Positions 56,417 to 64,000 of a stretch of DNA of 64,000 nt are shown piece after piece. Location of the stretch: assembly GCA_040753875.1 (NCBI GenBank), contig JBFMDV010000005.1, positions 305,142-369,141 on the forward strand. Direction: 5' to 3'. Source of the DNA: Candidatus Zixiibacteriota bacterium (GTDB lineage: Bacteria > Zixibacteria > MSB-5A5 > GN15 > FEB-12). A program made the position numbers and the translations under genes. Position 1 is the first letter of the stretch; every line of letters starts with the position of its first letter. The notes below the pieces were generated by a model, which ran no database searches, was not told where the DNA came from, and worked only from the letters and a program-made list of their open reading frames with translations.

Positions 56417-56489
56417 TGGAGCAGATCGGGATCGAACCGACGGCCTCCACGTTGCGAACGTGGCGCTCTCCCAGCTGAGCTACTGCCCC
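56417..56489 (-). tRNA. tRNA-Ala (anticodon CGC), CCA not encoded
   Basis: The reverse complement is GGGGCAGTAGCTCAGCTGGGAGAGCGCCACGTTCGCAACGTGGAGGCCGTCGGTTCGATCCCGATCTGCTCCA. It forms a 7-bp acceptor stem with the G3:U70 alanine identity pair. The anticodon loop is TTCGCAA and the T-loop is TTCGATC. Confidence 0.95.
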
Positions 56490-56501
56490 AAGGACATCGT
56501 C

Positions 56502-56545
56502 CTATCTACCGCTTCGCGAATCAAGACGATACTGCCTTGAATCGT
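56502..56545 (-). promoter_or_regulatory. conserved upstream element in front of tRNA-Ala (paralogous to 56267-56308)
   Basis: See 56267-56308. On the minus strand CGTCTTGATTCGCGAAGCGGTAGATAGG ends 13 nt before the tRNA 5' end. TAGATA is a possible -10. Confidence 0.5.
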
Positions 56546-56663
56546 AGGAGCGGTGACATACAAATCAATAACAGCATGGGCGAAGCCCGGTGCCGTACGG
56601 GCGAATAGATAATGAAATCCAGGGTGCAAGCCAAGCGGTTTTTGGGGAAATGCAGCTGGTACT

Positions 56664-57151
56664 TTAGAGGTGCTTGCGAACCGAGTCCAGGATCCTCGCA
56701 TATCTGTCAGCATCAGTATAGCCGAGGAATCGATATATCAGGTCTCCCTCGCGATTGAAAAAGCAGGCGCATGGATACCCCGAGATGCCGTAGATGTTGT
56801 TCAACTCGCGACATGTGACCAGGCTATCACAATATGGCACCAGGCTGTCGATATCCGGATTCACCTGGACTGCATTAAACGACGCGTTAAGAATGGTTAT
56901 CACGCTTCTGTCGGTCAGCACCTCCGATTTGAGCTTCCGGCACCATCCACACCAGTCGACAGAAAAAAGACCACGGAATGGCTCTTTTTGGCGACGGAGG
57001 TGTCGTATACCATTGCGCTGCTGACCCAAAACACTGAATCATCTGCCCCGACATAAACATCGGTGGCAACCATCTTGTCCGAATTGCAATCAACAGTCAG
57101 CAGACTGACGAAAGCGGCGCCCAGGAGCACGAGCAATTTCATCTGTTGCAT
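56664..57151 (-). pseudogene. exported thioredoxin-like protein (WCGWC motif) split by a 1-nt frameshift in an A6/T6 homopolymer
   Basis: ORF 56915-57151 has GGAGGAGG before its ATG, a signal peptide and ...SVAKKSHSVVFF. ORF 56664-57029 in another frame continues FSVDWCGWCRKLKSEVL... One extra T in the run at 56963-56968 would give a continuous ...KKSHSVVFFSVDWCGWCRKL... Confidence 0.8.
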
Positions 57152-57243
57152 TTAGACCTCCTCCTTTGGGGCTTCGAACTGAGATTTAATGACACGAAAG
57201 AGTATATGGCTAGGTCTGTCAATGATCTTTCAGGCGGTCTGCC

Positions 57244-57843
57244 CTACAGCATCACACCGGCCCGGAGCAAAGCGGTTGGGCCGAACCTGATACGATTCCG
57301 CCCATCCCACCCCTCAAATGCCTCGAACACACCAACTTCGGCAAAAAACGCTGCTGCCATGTCGCTGAAAAAAATCACCTCAAGGCTCCCTTTGAAGGTT
57401 ATGAAATCGGCAGGGTTAAGATAGGTGGTGTCAATTGTACGGACAACCGCCAGCCTTCCATATCCAAAGAAGAGGCTGGGGCGGAAAGCGACCTTGCTTT
57501 GTTTGCCAATCTGCATGTATTTCACCCCCAGCGACACATCGAGCATATGCTGCCCGATCTCAAACGGATATACGCGGTGGACATCGAAACCAACCCCCCA
57601 GTACCAATGCGGGCGGATGCGGAAATCCATGCCGGCGCCGAACGTGAAGCCGGGAATCAGCGATTGTTCCTGGGAGTTAATATGGCCGGTGCCCGACCCA
57701 AGGAACCCCAGGCGCATGAAATAGAATCCCCGTTTGTCCCAAAGCCGTTGCGTTTGCGTATACGATTGAGACCGTGCAACCGCTGGAGCAAGACCTGCCA
57801 GGAGTATAATGGACAAGAGTAGTCGCGAGATCGGTGTTGGCAT
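57244..57843 (-). CDS. hypothetical outer-membrane beta-barrel-like protein
   Basis: 199 aa. It has a signal peptide (LLLSIILLAGLAPAVARSQ), and alternating hydrophobic/Gly-aromatic strands follow (GFTFGAGMDFRI, WGVGFDVHRV). Confidence 0.55.
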   Translation of the reverse strand: MPTPISRLLLSIILLAGLAPAVARSQSYTQTQRLWDKRGFYFMRLGFLGSGTGHINSQEQSLIPGFTFGAGMDFRIRPHWYWGVGFDVHRVYPFEIGQHMLDVSLGVKYMQIGKQSKVAFRPSLFFGYGRLAVVRTIDTTYLNPADFITFKGSLEVIFFSDMAAAFFAEVGVFEAFEGWDGRNRIRFGPTALLRAGVML

Positions 57844-57941
57844 AAGGCAATGAGCGCCAAACTGAAGCAGAAGTCAATGCATACCTGCAGTGGTCAAAAT
57901 ATGATTCCCCCAAGTGGTCAATTCCCCTATATTGATAATTC

Positions 57942-59627
57942 ATGAACTACACAGTTTTGGCCAGAAAATATCGGCCGCAGACATTTGATGATGTTGTGGC
58001 GCAGGAGCATGTCACCCGAACGCTTCGCAACGCCTTGAAGAACAACCGGATCGGCTCCGGATATCTGTTCTGCGGGCCGCGTGGGACCGGCAAAACCACG
58101 GTCGCACGGATACTGGCCAAAGCAGTCAACTGTGTCAACGGCCCCACCCAGACGCCTTGCGGCGAGTGCCCGGCCTGCAAAGAGATCACGGCCGGTTCCT
58201 CACTTGACGTACTCGAAATCGATGCTGCTTCGAATACCGGGGTGGACGATGTCCGGACTCTTCGTGAAAACGTCCGCTACCTGCCAACAAACGGCAAGAA
58301 GCGCATCTATATCATCGACGAGGTCCATCGGCTGTCGGGTGCTGCGTTTGACGCGCTCCTGAAAACTCTCGAAGAGCCGCCGCCGCACGTCATGTTCGTA
58401 TTCGCCACTACCGAACCGACCAAGGTGCCGGAGACGATTCTCTCACGGACACAGCGATATGACTTCCGCCGCGTCTCGGTCGATGAGTTGACCTCCCACC
58501 TTCGGACGATAGCACAACGGGAACACCTTACCATCGACGATGCCGCGCTGCATTTGCTGGCCCGAAAGGCTGACGGTTCGGTGCGCGATTCGTTGTCGCT
58601 GATGGATCAGATAACAGCCTTCGCCGGTGACACGATCGGCGAACAGGATGTGGTCGCGGCGCTTGGCCTGGTTGATCGACAGTTCCTGTTCGATTTCGTG
58701 AATGCGGTGGCCGAGGCGGACGGGGCCAAAGCGCTTCATTTGACAAAACGTCTGTTCGATGCCGGAGTGGATGTTGCCGACTTTGTGTCTGAGCTGCTGG
58801 ATCACTTTCGTACATTGTTGGTGCTCTCATCCGGCCCGGAGTCTGCGGAGCTGCTGCCGCTCGGTTCGGCGGAACTGGCCGAGTATCAGAAACAGGCACA
58901 GAACTACTCCGTGGGGGATCTGCTCCGGCTGATCAAGATTGCATCGGAGGTCATACGGGATCTCAAGGATGGGGGGTTGGACGAGCGGCTTTTACTGGAG
59001 GTGGCGTCGGTCAGAATGGCCGATATGGAATCGACCGTCAGATTGGAGGAGGTACTCAAAGCGCTAAGCGCGCTCCCGATCGGGGCAGCTTCCGGTGCCG
59101 CCGGCCCTGGTGGTGTACCGGATTTTTTTCCGGCCGCGCCGCTGAGAAAAGACGAGGTTCCAGCGGCGGCCGGCCCTCGTGATGTCACAACTGTGGCGGC
59201 AGAAGCGCTGGCGCAGCCATCGCGGACACTGAATCTTGCCCAGGTCCACGCCGGCTGGGAGGGGTTCCTGACAGACCTTCGGCACACGAACCCGATGCTC
59301 GCCTCGCAAGTGCGCATGGCGGAGATCAAGAGTGTTAAGGACAATCAGGTGACTCTGCTGTACTTCGCCTCCGGCGAAACATCCATGCAGCTGGTGCTGA
59401 AGGTTGAGAACTTGAACGCCACTATTCGAGCGTTACGCGAACATTTTAAGGCCAATGTCACGCTGAAAGTGGAGATCGACCGTTCAAAGGAACACCCGAA
59501 CCCGCCACTCGCCAAAGGCGAGCAACCGAAGGTTGACATCAAGAAGCTGGTCGAGGAGTCACCGCGACTCAAACAGTTGATCGACAAAGTCGACGGCGAA
59601 GTAATCGGCGTCAAGAAAGTACAATGA
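57942..59627 (+). CDS. dnaX: DNA polymerase III subunits gamma/tau
   Basis: YRPQTFDDVVAQEHV, the Walker A motif GPRGTGKTT, the Zn module CGECPACKEI and DEVHRLS are present. Confidence 0.96.
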   Translation: MNYTVLARKYRPQTFDDVVAQEHVTRTLRNALKNNRIGSGYLFCGPRGTGKTTVARILAKAVNCVNGPTQTPCGECPACKEITAGSSLDVLEIDAASNTGVDDVRTLRENVRYLPTNGKKRIYIIDEVHRLSGAAFDALLKTLEEPPPHVMFVFATTEPTKVPETILSRTQRYDFRRVSVDELTSHLRTIAQREHLTIDDAALHLLARKADGSVRDSLSLMDQITAFAGDTIGEQDVVAALGLVDRQFLFDFVNAVAEADGAKALHLTKRLFDAGVDVADFVSELLDHFRTLLVLSSGPESAELLPLGSAELAEYQKQAQNYSVGDLLRLIKIASEVIRDLKDGGLDERLLLEVASVRMADMESTVRLEEVLKALSALPIGAASGAAGPGGVPDFFPAAPLRKDEVPAAAGPRDVTTVAAEALAQPSRTLNLAQVHAGWEGFLTDLRHTNPMLASQVRMAEIKSVKDNQVTLLYFASGETSMQLVLKVENLNATIRALREHFKANVTLKVEIDRSKEHPNPPLAKGEQPKVDIKKLVEESPRLKQLIDKVDGEVIGVKKVQ

Positions 59628-59666
59628 ACAGAATATATTTCGGTGCTACGGTAAGGAGCAAATAAG

Positions 59667-59993
59667 ATGGGCATGGGCGGACTGGGCGATATGATGAAAC
59701 AGGTGCAGAAGATGCAGGCCAAAATGGCGGAGATCCAAGCCCAGCTCGAGAAGGCGCAGGTCGAAGGGTCGGCCGGGGGCGGGATGGTGAAGGTGATCGC
59801 CAACGGTAAACACGAGGTCATCTCTGTGACGATTGATCCCGAGGTGGTAGACAGGAATGATGTCGAGATGCTGCAGGACCTGGTCGTCGCTGCGGTCAAC
59901 CAGGCGCACCAGAAAGCGCAGGAACTGGCATCGGAGCAAATGGCGGAACTGACCGGCGGACTCAAGATCCCTGGTCTAAATCTCCCCTTCTGA
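59667..59993 (+). CDS. ybaB: nucleoid-associated protein YbaB/EbfC
   Basis: 108 aa with MMKQVQKMQAKMAEIQAQLEK...GGGMVKV..NGKHEV. It sits in canonical dnaX-ybaB-recR synteny. Confidence 0.93.
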   Translation: MGMGGLGDMMKQVQKMQAKMAEIQAQLEKAQVEGSAGGGMVKVIANGKHEVISVTIDPEVVDRNDVEMLQDLVVAAVNQAHQKAQELASEQMAELTGGLKIPGLNLPF

Positions 59994-60000
59994 GAGCAAG

Positions 60001-60600
60001 ATGATGTTACAATCGGCGGATTCGGTCGAACGACTTATTACCGAATTGACACGGCTGCCCGGCATAGGTCGAAAATCGGCGGCCCGCTTGGCATTTCATA
60101 TCCTCAAGCTGACCAAGCAGGAGGCCAATGACCTGGCCGAGGCTATCCGGGTAGTCAAAGAGAAGGTGGGGTTTTGCTCGGTCTGCTGCAATATTTCCGA
60201 AACCGACCCCTGTCGCGTCTGCACCGATCCAAAACGCCGATCCGACGTGCTCTGCGTGGTGGAAGAGGTTTCCGATGCTGCCGCCATGGACAAGGCGGAG
60301 GGATTTAATGGGCGATTCCATATTCTGGGCGGACGTCTCTCGCCGTTGAACGGTATCGGGCCGGATGATCTGAATATCCAGCAGCTTCTCACCCGTCTCA
60401 AGCCGGAGGTGACCGAGATCATCCTCGCCACTAATCCTAATGTCGAAGGCGAAGCTACTGCGACCTATTTGGCACGTCTCTTGAAACCGCTGGGCGTGAA
60501 AGTCACCCGCATCGCCCGTGGTCTGCCGGTCGGCTCGGATCTGGAGTATGCGGACGCCGTCACCCTGACACGGGCTCTTGAAGGGCGACAGGAGTATTGA
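60001..60600 (+). CDS. recR: recombination protein RecR
   Basis: LPGIGRKSAARLAFH (HhH), the Cys4 zinc finger CSVCCNISETDPCRVC and a Toprim domain are present. Confidence 0.96.
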   Translation: MMLQSADSVERLITELTRLPGIGRKSAARLAFHILKLTKQEANDLAEAIRVVKEKVGFCSVCCNISETDPCRVCTDPKRRSDVLCVVEEVSDAAAMDKAEGFNGRFHILGGRLSPLNGIGPDDLNIQQLLTRLKPEVTEIILATNPNVEGEATATYLARLLKPLGVKVTRIARGLPVGSDLEYADAVTLTRALEGRQEY

Positions 60601-60613
60601 TCTTTCTCGACGT

Positions 60614-62629
60614 ATGGATAACGGGACTCCACTCGCCAGGCGCACGTTGTATCTCCTGATCGTTACCGCTGCACTTTTCGCGGCCGGCCGTTTCCTGGGG
60701 GGGAGCTTGTTTGATAATAACTGGTCATTCACTCAGTGGCGGGCGTTCTCCTGGTGGTACGGGGTTGTATGGCTGTTGCTGTGCGCCGCAGGACTCCACG
60801 CGGCATATCATCACCACGAACGGCTGCAAAATTTGATTGTGAAACGGCTTTTCGCACCGGTCGCTCTGGCGATTCTGACCATTGCTGCCATTCTGCTCAG
60901 TTTTGATTCGTTTGTCTACGGCGGTGGAAACCTTCGAATTGGCCAGATAGGCCAGGTCAACACCGCCGTGTTTCATTGGTACGAACTTGGCACAACCGCA
61001 ATCGTGGCCTTGCTATTCCAGGCGACCAGTCTGTTCTCATCGAAACCACACATAGCCGCGTGGTGGGCCTGGCGGTTGTTCTCTTTTCTGTGTGCCGGAT
61101 TGACGATCTGGGGTGCGATCAGATTGTCGGCGGCGCTTGCTCAGGGAAAAGCGGAGTGCGTGTGGCTAACCATGATTCTCCTGTTCGGCGGCCACACCCT
61201 TGTTCTTTTGGGATACACAGGGATCGAACCGGTATTGGTAGCTTCTGTGATCTGGTTTGCGGCGCTCGCGCTGCCCGCGCTGCAGTCGCGCCGCGGCAGG
61301 CATGTGATGATACTCTGGGGGCTGACTGCGCTGGCTGTTGTCATGCATGCCGCGAATCTATACCTGATACCGGCAGTGGTCTATGTGTCGATCGCCGGCA
61401 CGGGCAAGCAGTCGCGCCAAGCTCGGACGGCGATAGCGGCCTCGGCGCTGCTACTGTGCGCGCTGATCGCGACGACATACTGGTACGCAGACCGGTCGTT
61501 TTCGTTCTCGGATCAAATCCTGTTTCTGCACGGCAAGAGCCCGTTCAATGATTACAGCCTGTTCTCGCTCCGCCATCTTGGGGATTTCACACAACTTCTG
61601 TTTCTCGCCTCTCCCCTGCTGGTACTGATCGCAGGGCTGACACTACGGCAACATGCAATGGATCCGCGGATGCGGCTGTCGGCTGTCGGCTGGATACTTC
61701 TCTTAGGGGGCAGCGTGACAGCTTTTGTCATCAATCCGATCAACGGCATTCCACTGGATTTTCCCCGCCTTGCGGCGTTCCTATGCCCCGTTGCATTGCT
61801 GGTGGCTTGCATCGTAGCGGCACAGGGCGGACGAACTGCTGCCATGGTCGCCGTGTTCGCTCTGATGGCGCCGCTCTCATACTTGCCGGTATATATCAGG
61901 ATCGATCATGCCGGGCCGTATGTCACAGAGTACCTGGATAAGCATGATGCGTTGTATCGAACCGCCTGTTTGTCATTCCGTGATGCCTACTTCGCGCGGA
62001 GGGAGTTCAGCAGCGCCGACCAGTGGGAATGGAAGCTGCCGGTGAAATCGCCGGAGGTGCTGAACCTCCGCGGCATCAGTTCTCTCTCTATGAGTGGGGA
62101 CAACGAGGAGGCGCTCCGGGTACTGTATCCGTTGATTGCCAAGAATCCGTACTGGGACGAGCCACGGGCGCTGGCAGCGCAGATACAGATGAAGCTGCAG
62201 CGGTTCAATCTGGCCAAGCCGCAAATCGACACCTGTTTGATGCTGGCCCCTGATAAGAAGGAGCATCTGACCCTTCTGTACCAGTATCTTCGCGACAATC
62301 AGCGATATCCCGAAGCTCTGGCCCAGGTAGAAAGAGCGAAGCAACTCTACCCGCATGATATGGATGTCGCTATCGATTACGTGATCGCCAAATACCGGAT
62401 CGCTGATTATGTTGGCGCCGAAAGCGCAGCCGATTCACTGCTGGCCGCTGATTCAACAACGGCGTACGCTCATCTCATCAAAGGATTGCTCTATGAACGA
62501 AACGGCGATGTGGTGCGAGCAGTGCGACACTACGACAGCTTCGTCACCCTGGCTCCCGAGGAACCGGAGGCAGCTACCATTCGGCAGCGACTGAATGTGC
62601 TGAGAGAGAGAGTACCGAGCGGTCGATAA
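60614..62629 (+). CDS. polytopic membrane protein (about 11 TM segments) with C-terminal TPR repeats
   Basis: I place the start at ATG 60614 (MDNGTPLARRTLYLLIV). Roughly 400 hydrophobic aa are followed by TPR-like repeats (ALRVLYPLIAKNPYW, PEALAQVERAKQLYPHD, AYAHLIKGLLYERNGD). The architecture resembles GT-C glycosyltransferase-TPR fusions; this is inference only. Confidence 0.6.
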   Translation: MDNGTPLARRTLYLLIVTAALFAAGRFLGGSLFDNNWSFTQWRAFSWWYGVVWLLLCAAGLHAAYHHHERLQNLIVKRLFAPVALAILTIAAILLSFDSFVYGGGNLRIGQIGQVNTAVFHWYELGTTAIVALLFQATSLFSSKPHIAAWWAWRLFSFLCAGLTIWGAIRLSAALAQGKAECVWLTMILLFGGHTLVLLGYTGIEPVLVASVIWFAALALPALQSRRGRHVMILWGLTALAVVMHAANLYLIPAVVYVSIAGTGKQSRQARTAIAASALLLCALIATTYWYADRSFSFSDQILFLHGKSPFNDYSLFSLRHLGDFTQLLFLASPLLVLIAGLTLRQHAMDPRMRLSAVGWILLLGGSVTAFVINPINGIPLDFPRLAAFLCPVALLVACIVAAQGGRTAAMVAVFALMAPLSYLPVYIRIDHAGPYVTEYLDKHDALYRTACLSFRDAYFARREFSSADQWEWKLPVKSPEVLNLRGISSLSMSGDNEEALRVLYPLIAKNPYWDEPRALAAQIQMKLQRFNLAKPQIDTCLMLAPDKKEHLTLLYQYLRDNQRYPEALAQVERAKQLYPHDMDVAIDYVIAKYRIADYVGAESAADSLLAADSTTAYAHLIKGLLYERNGDVVRAVRHYDSFVTLAPEEPEAATIRQRLNVLRERVPSGR

Positions 62630-62632
62630 GGG

Positions 62633-64000
62633 TCACTGACGGTATTGCATACGGGCGAAACCGTCCATCGCGGCAACTTTGTAAGCTTCACTGAGCGTCG
62701 GGTAATTGAACACCGTGTCAACGAAATAGTCGAGTGTCCCGCCGTGGGTCATGACGGCCTGACCGATGTGAATCAGTTCCGTGGCCCGGTCCCCGATGAT
62801 ATGTACGCCGAGGATTCGCTTTGACTTGAGATCAAAGATGATTTTGAGCATACCGTCGTGGTCGTTGATGATCTGGCCTCGCGCCAACTCGAAATAACGG
62901 GCCACGCCTATCTCATACTCGTGGCCGGCCGCAGTGAGGGACTCTTCTGTTTCTCCCACAATCGAGACCTCCGGAATGGTGTAAATGCCAAACGGCAGGA
63001 GAGTATTGAGGCATGAGACGCTGTCTTTCTTGAACGCGTGGATGGCGGCGAGTCTCCCCTGGTCCATTGAGACCGACGCCAGTGAAGGGAAACCAATCAC
63101 GTCCCCGACCGCGTATACGGTTGGGACAGTAGTACGATAATATTGGTCGACCTTGACAAGGCCATGGTCATCAGTCTCGATCCCCAGGCCTTCCAGACCC
63201 AGGTTATCAGTATTACCGTTTCGTCCGGCCGCATACAGCAGGCGGTCGGAGACCACGCGCCGTCCCGACCTGGTGACGGTCACCACCTGGTTGTTCTCCA
63301 CCGAGAAGCTCTCCGCCGCTTCGCCGAGGATCAACGTAATGCCGTACTTGCGCATCAGATACACGAGAGCATCACCGATCTCATGATCGAGAAACGACAG
63401 GAGTTTCTTGCGAGAGTCGACTATGAATACCTTCACGCCGAGATGCGCGAAGATGCACGCGTACTCGCAGCCGATCACGCCCCCTCCGGCAATGGTGAGG
63501 GTCCGTGGCAGGATATCCATGTCGATGATCGTCTCGGCATCGTAAATGTATTTGCTGTCGAACGGCACGTGCGGGGGATGATACGAGCGGGTACCGGTGG
63601 AGATCACGATCACCTCCGCCGTGAGGATGCGATTGGAGTTCGTGTCCTCGGAGACCACGACCGTGTTCGGGGAGGCGATCATGCCGGTGCCATGAATCAC
63701 CTCAATCCGGTGCTGCGCCATATTCTGCTGGATGACATCGAGCTCCTGCTGAATCACCTGGTCTTTGCGGTAGGTGAGGTCACGCATCGAGATGTCGGTT
63801 TTCATACCCCCGACCAGTCCGTACGCGGTGCGCTGGCGAAGACCGGCGATGTAGAGCGCGGTTTCGCGAAGGGTCTTGGACGGGATCGTCCCGGTATGTA
63901 TGCAGACTCCCCCTTGCACCGATTTTCGTTCGATGATCGCGGTCGACTTTCGCATCTTGGCGGCTTCGATGGCCGCCTTCTCGCCGGCCGGGCCGGAGCC
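62633..64000 (-). CDS. sthA: soluble pyridine nucleotide transhydrogenase-like flavoprotein (5' end beyond the right edge)
   Basis: The frame stays open from 63955 to base 64000 (GSGPAGEKAAIEAAKMRKST...). GGVCIHTGTIPSK carries a single Cys, as in SthA rather than Lpd (CxxxxC). FAD/NAD folds and a dimerisation domain (FNYPTLSEAYK) are present. Confidence 0.8.
   Translation of the reverse strand, partial: GSGPAGEKAAIEAAKMRKSTAIIERKSVQGGVCIHTGTIPSKTLRETALYIAGLRQRTAYGLVGGMKTDISMRDLTYRKDQVIQQELDVIQQNMAQHRIEVIHGTGMIASPNTVVVSEDTNSNRILTAEVIVISTGTRSYHPPHVPFDSKYIYDAETIIDMDILPRTLTIAGGGVIGCEYACIFAHLGVKVFIVDSRKKLLSFLDHEIGDALVYLMRKYGITLILGEAAESFSVENNQVVTVTRSGRRVVSDRLLYAAGRNGNTDNLGLEGLGIETDDHGLVKVDQYYRTTVPTVYAVGDVIGFPSLASVSMDQGRLAAIHAFKKDSVSCLNTLLPFGIYTIPEVSIVGETEESLTAAGHEYEIGVARYFELARGQIINDHDGMLKIIFDLKSKRILGVHIIGDRATELIHIGQAVMTHGGTLDYFVDTVFNYPTLSEAYKVAAMDGFARMQYRQ

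Overview
64-kb window from a moderately GC-rich diderm bacterium, shown by BamA-Skp-LpxD and a complete TolQRAB-Pal-CpoB set. I cannot place it taxonomically from sequence alone, and gene content suggests an uncultivated lineage. I call about 60 protein genes, one tRNA-Ala(CGC) and one long Alu-domain SRP RNA. I see no rRNA, CRISPR array, transposase or integrase.

Most of the window is housekeeping:
- Replication and repair: uvrB, ssb, ligA, dnaX-ybaB-recR.
- Translation and RNA: rplU, rsmI, gltX.
- Lipid and envelope: lgt, fabL, and the envelope genes above.
- Central and acetate metabolism: acs, an ADP-forming acetyl-CoA synthetase, ppdK, nadA, lipB plus an E2 acyltransferase, sthA.
- Redox defence: a block of FNR, peroxiredoxin and a split rubrerythrin.

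The outstanding feature is 31583-42605 (minus strand). It holds 12 co-directional, tightly or translationally coupled genes forming three tandem, diverged paralogous copies of one four-gene membrane module (D-C-B-A). I cannot assign any of the four components to a characterised family. The array is bracketed by a sigma70-like promoter and a strong hairpin terminator. It is divergently paired with an orphan GlmL/MutL-like ASKHA ATPase operon (42983-46771).

Secondary points of interest:
- A repeat-rich non-coding architecture at the left end (798-3247): an 88-bp hairpin unit, 20-bp tandem arrays, a duplicated ~300-bp module, a 40-nt hairpin motif present twice and a 22-nt inverted repeat. It surrounds a gene of a widespread but uncharacterised family.
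- A thioredoxin-like gene broken by a frameshift in an A6/T6 homopolymer.
- A shared upstream element in front of both tRNA-Ala and the SRP RNA.
- Lys/Ala/Pro-rich N-terminal extensions on ACS and PPDK.

All calls rest on reading the sequence and ORF translations and on recalled family motifs. No searches were run.
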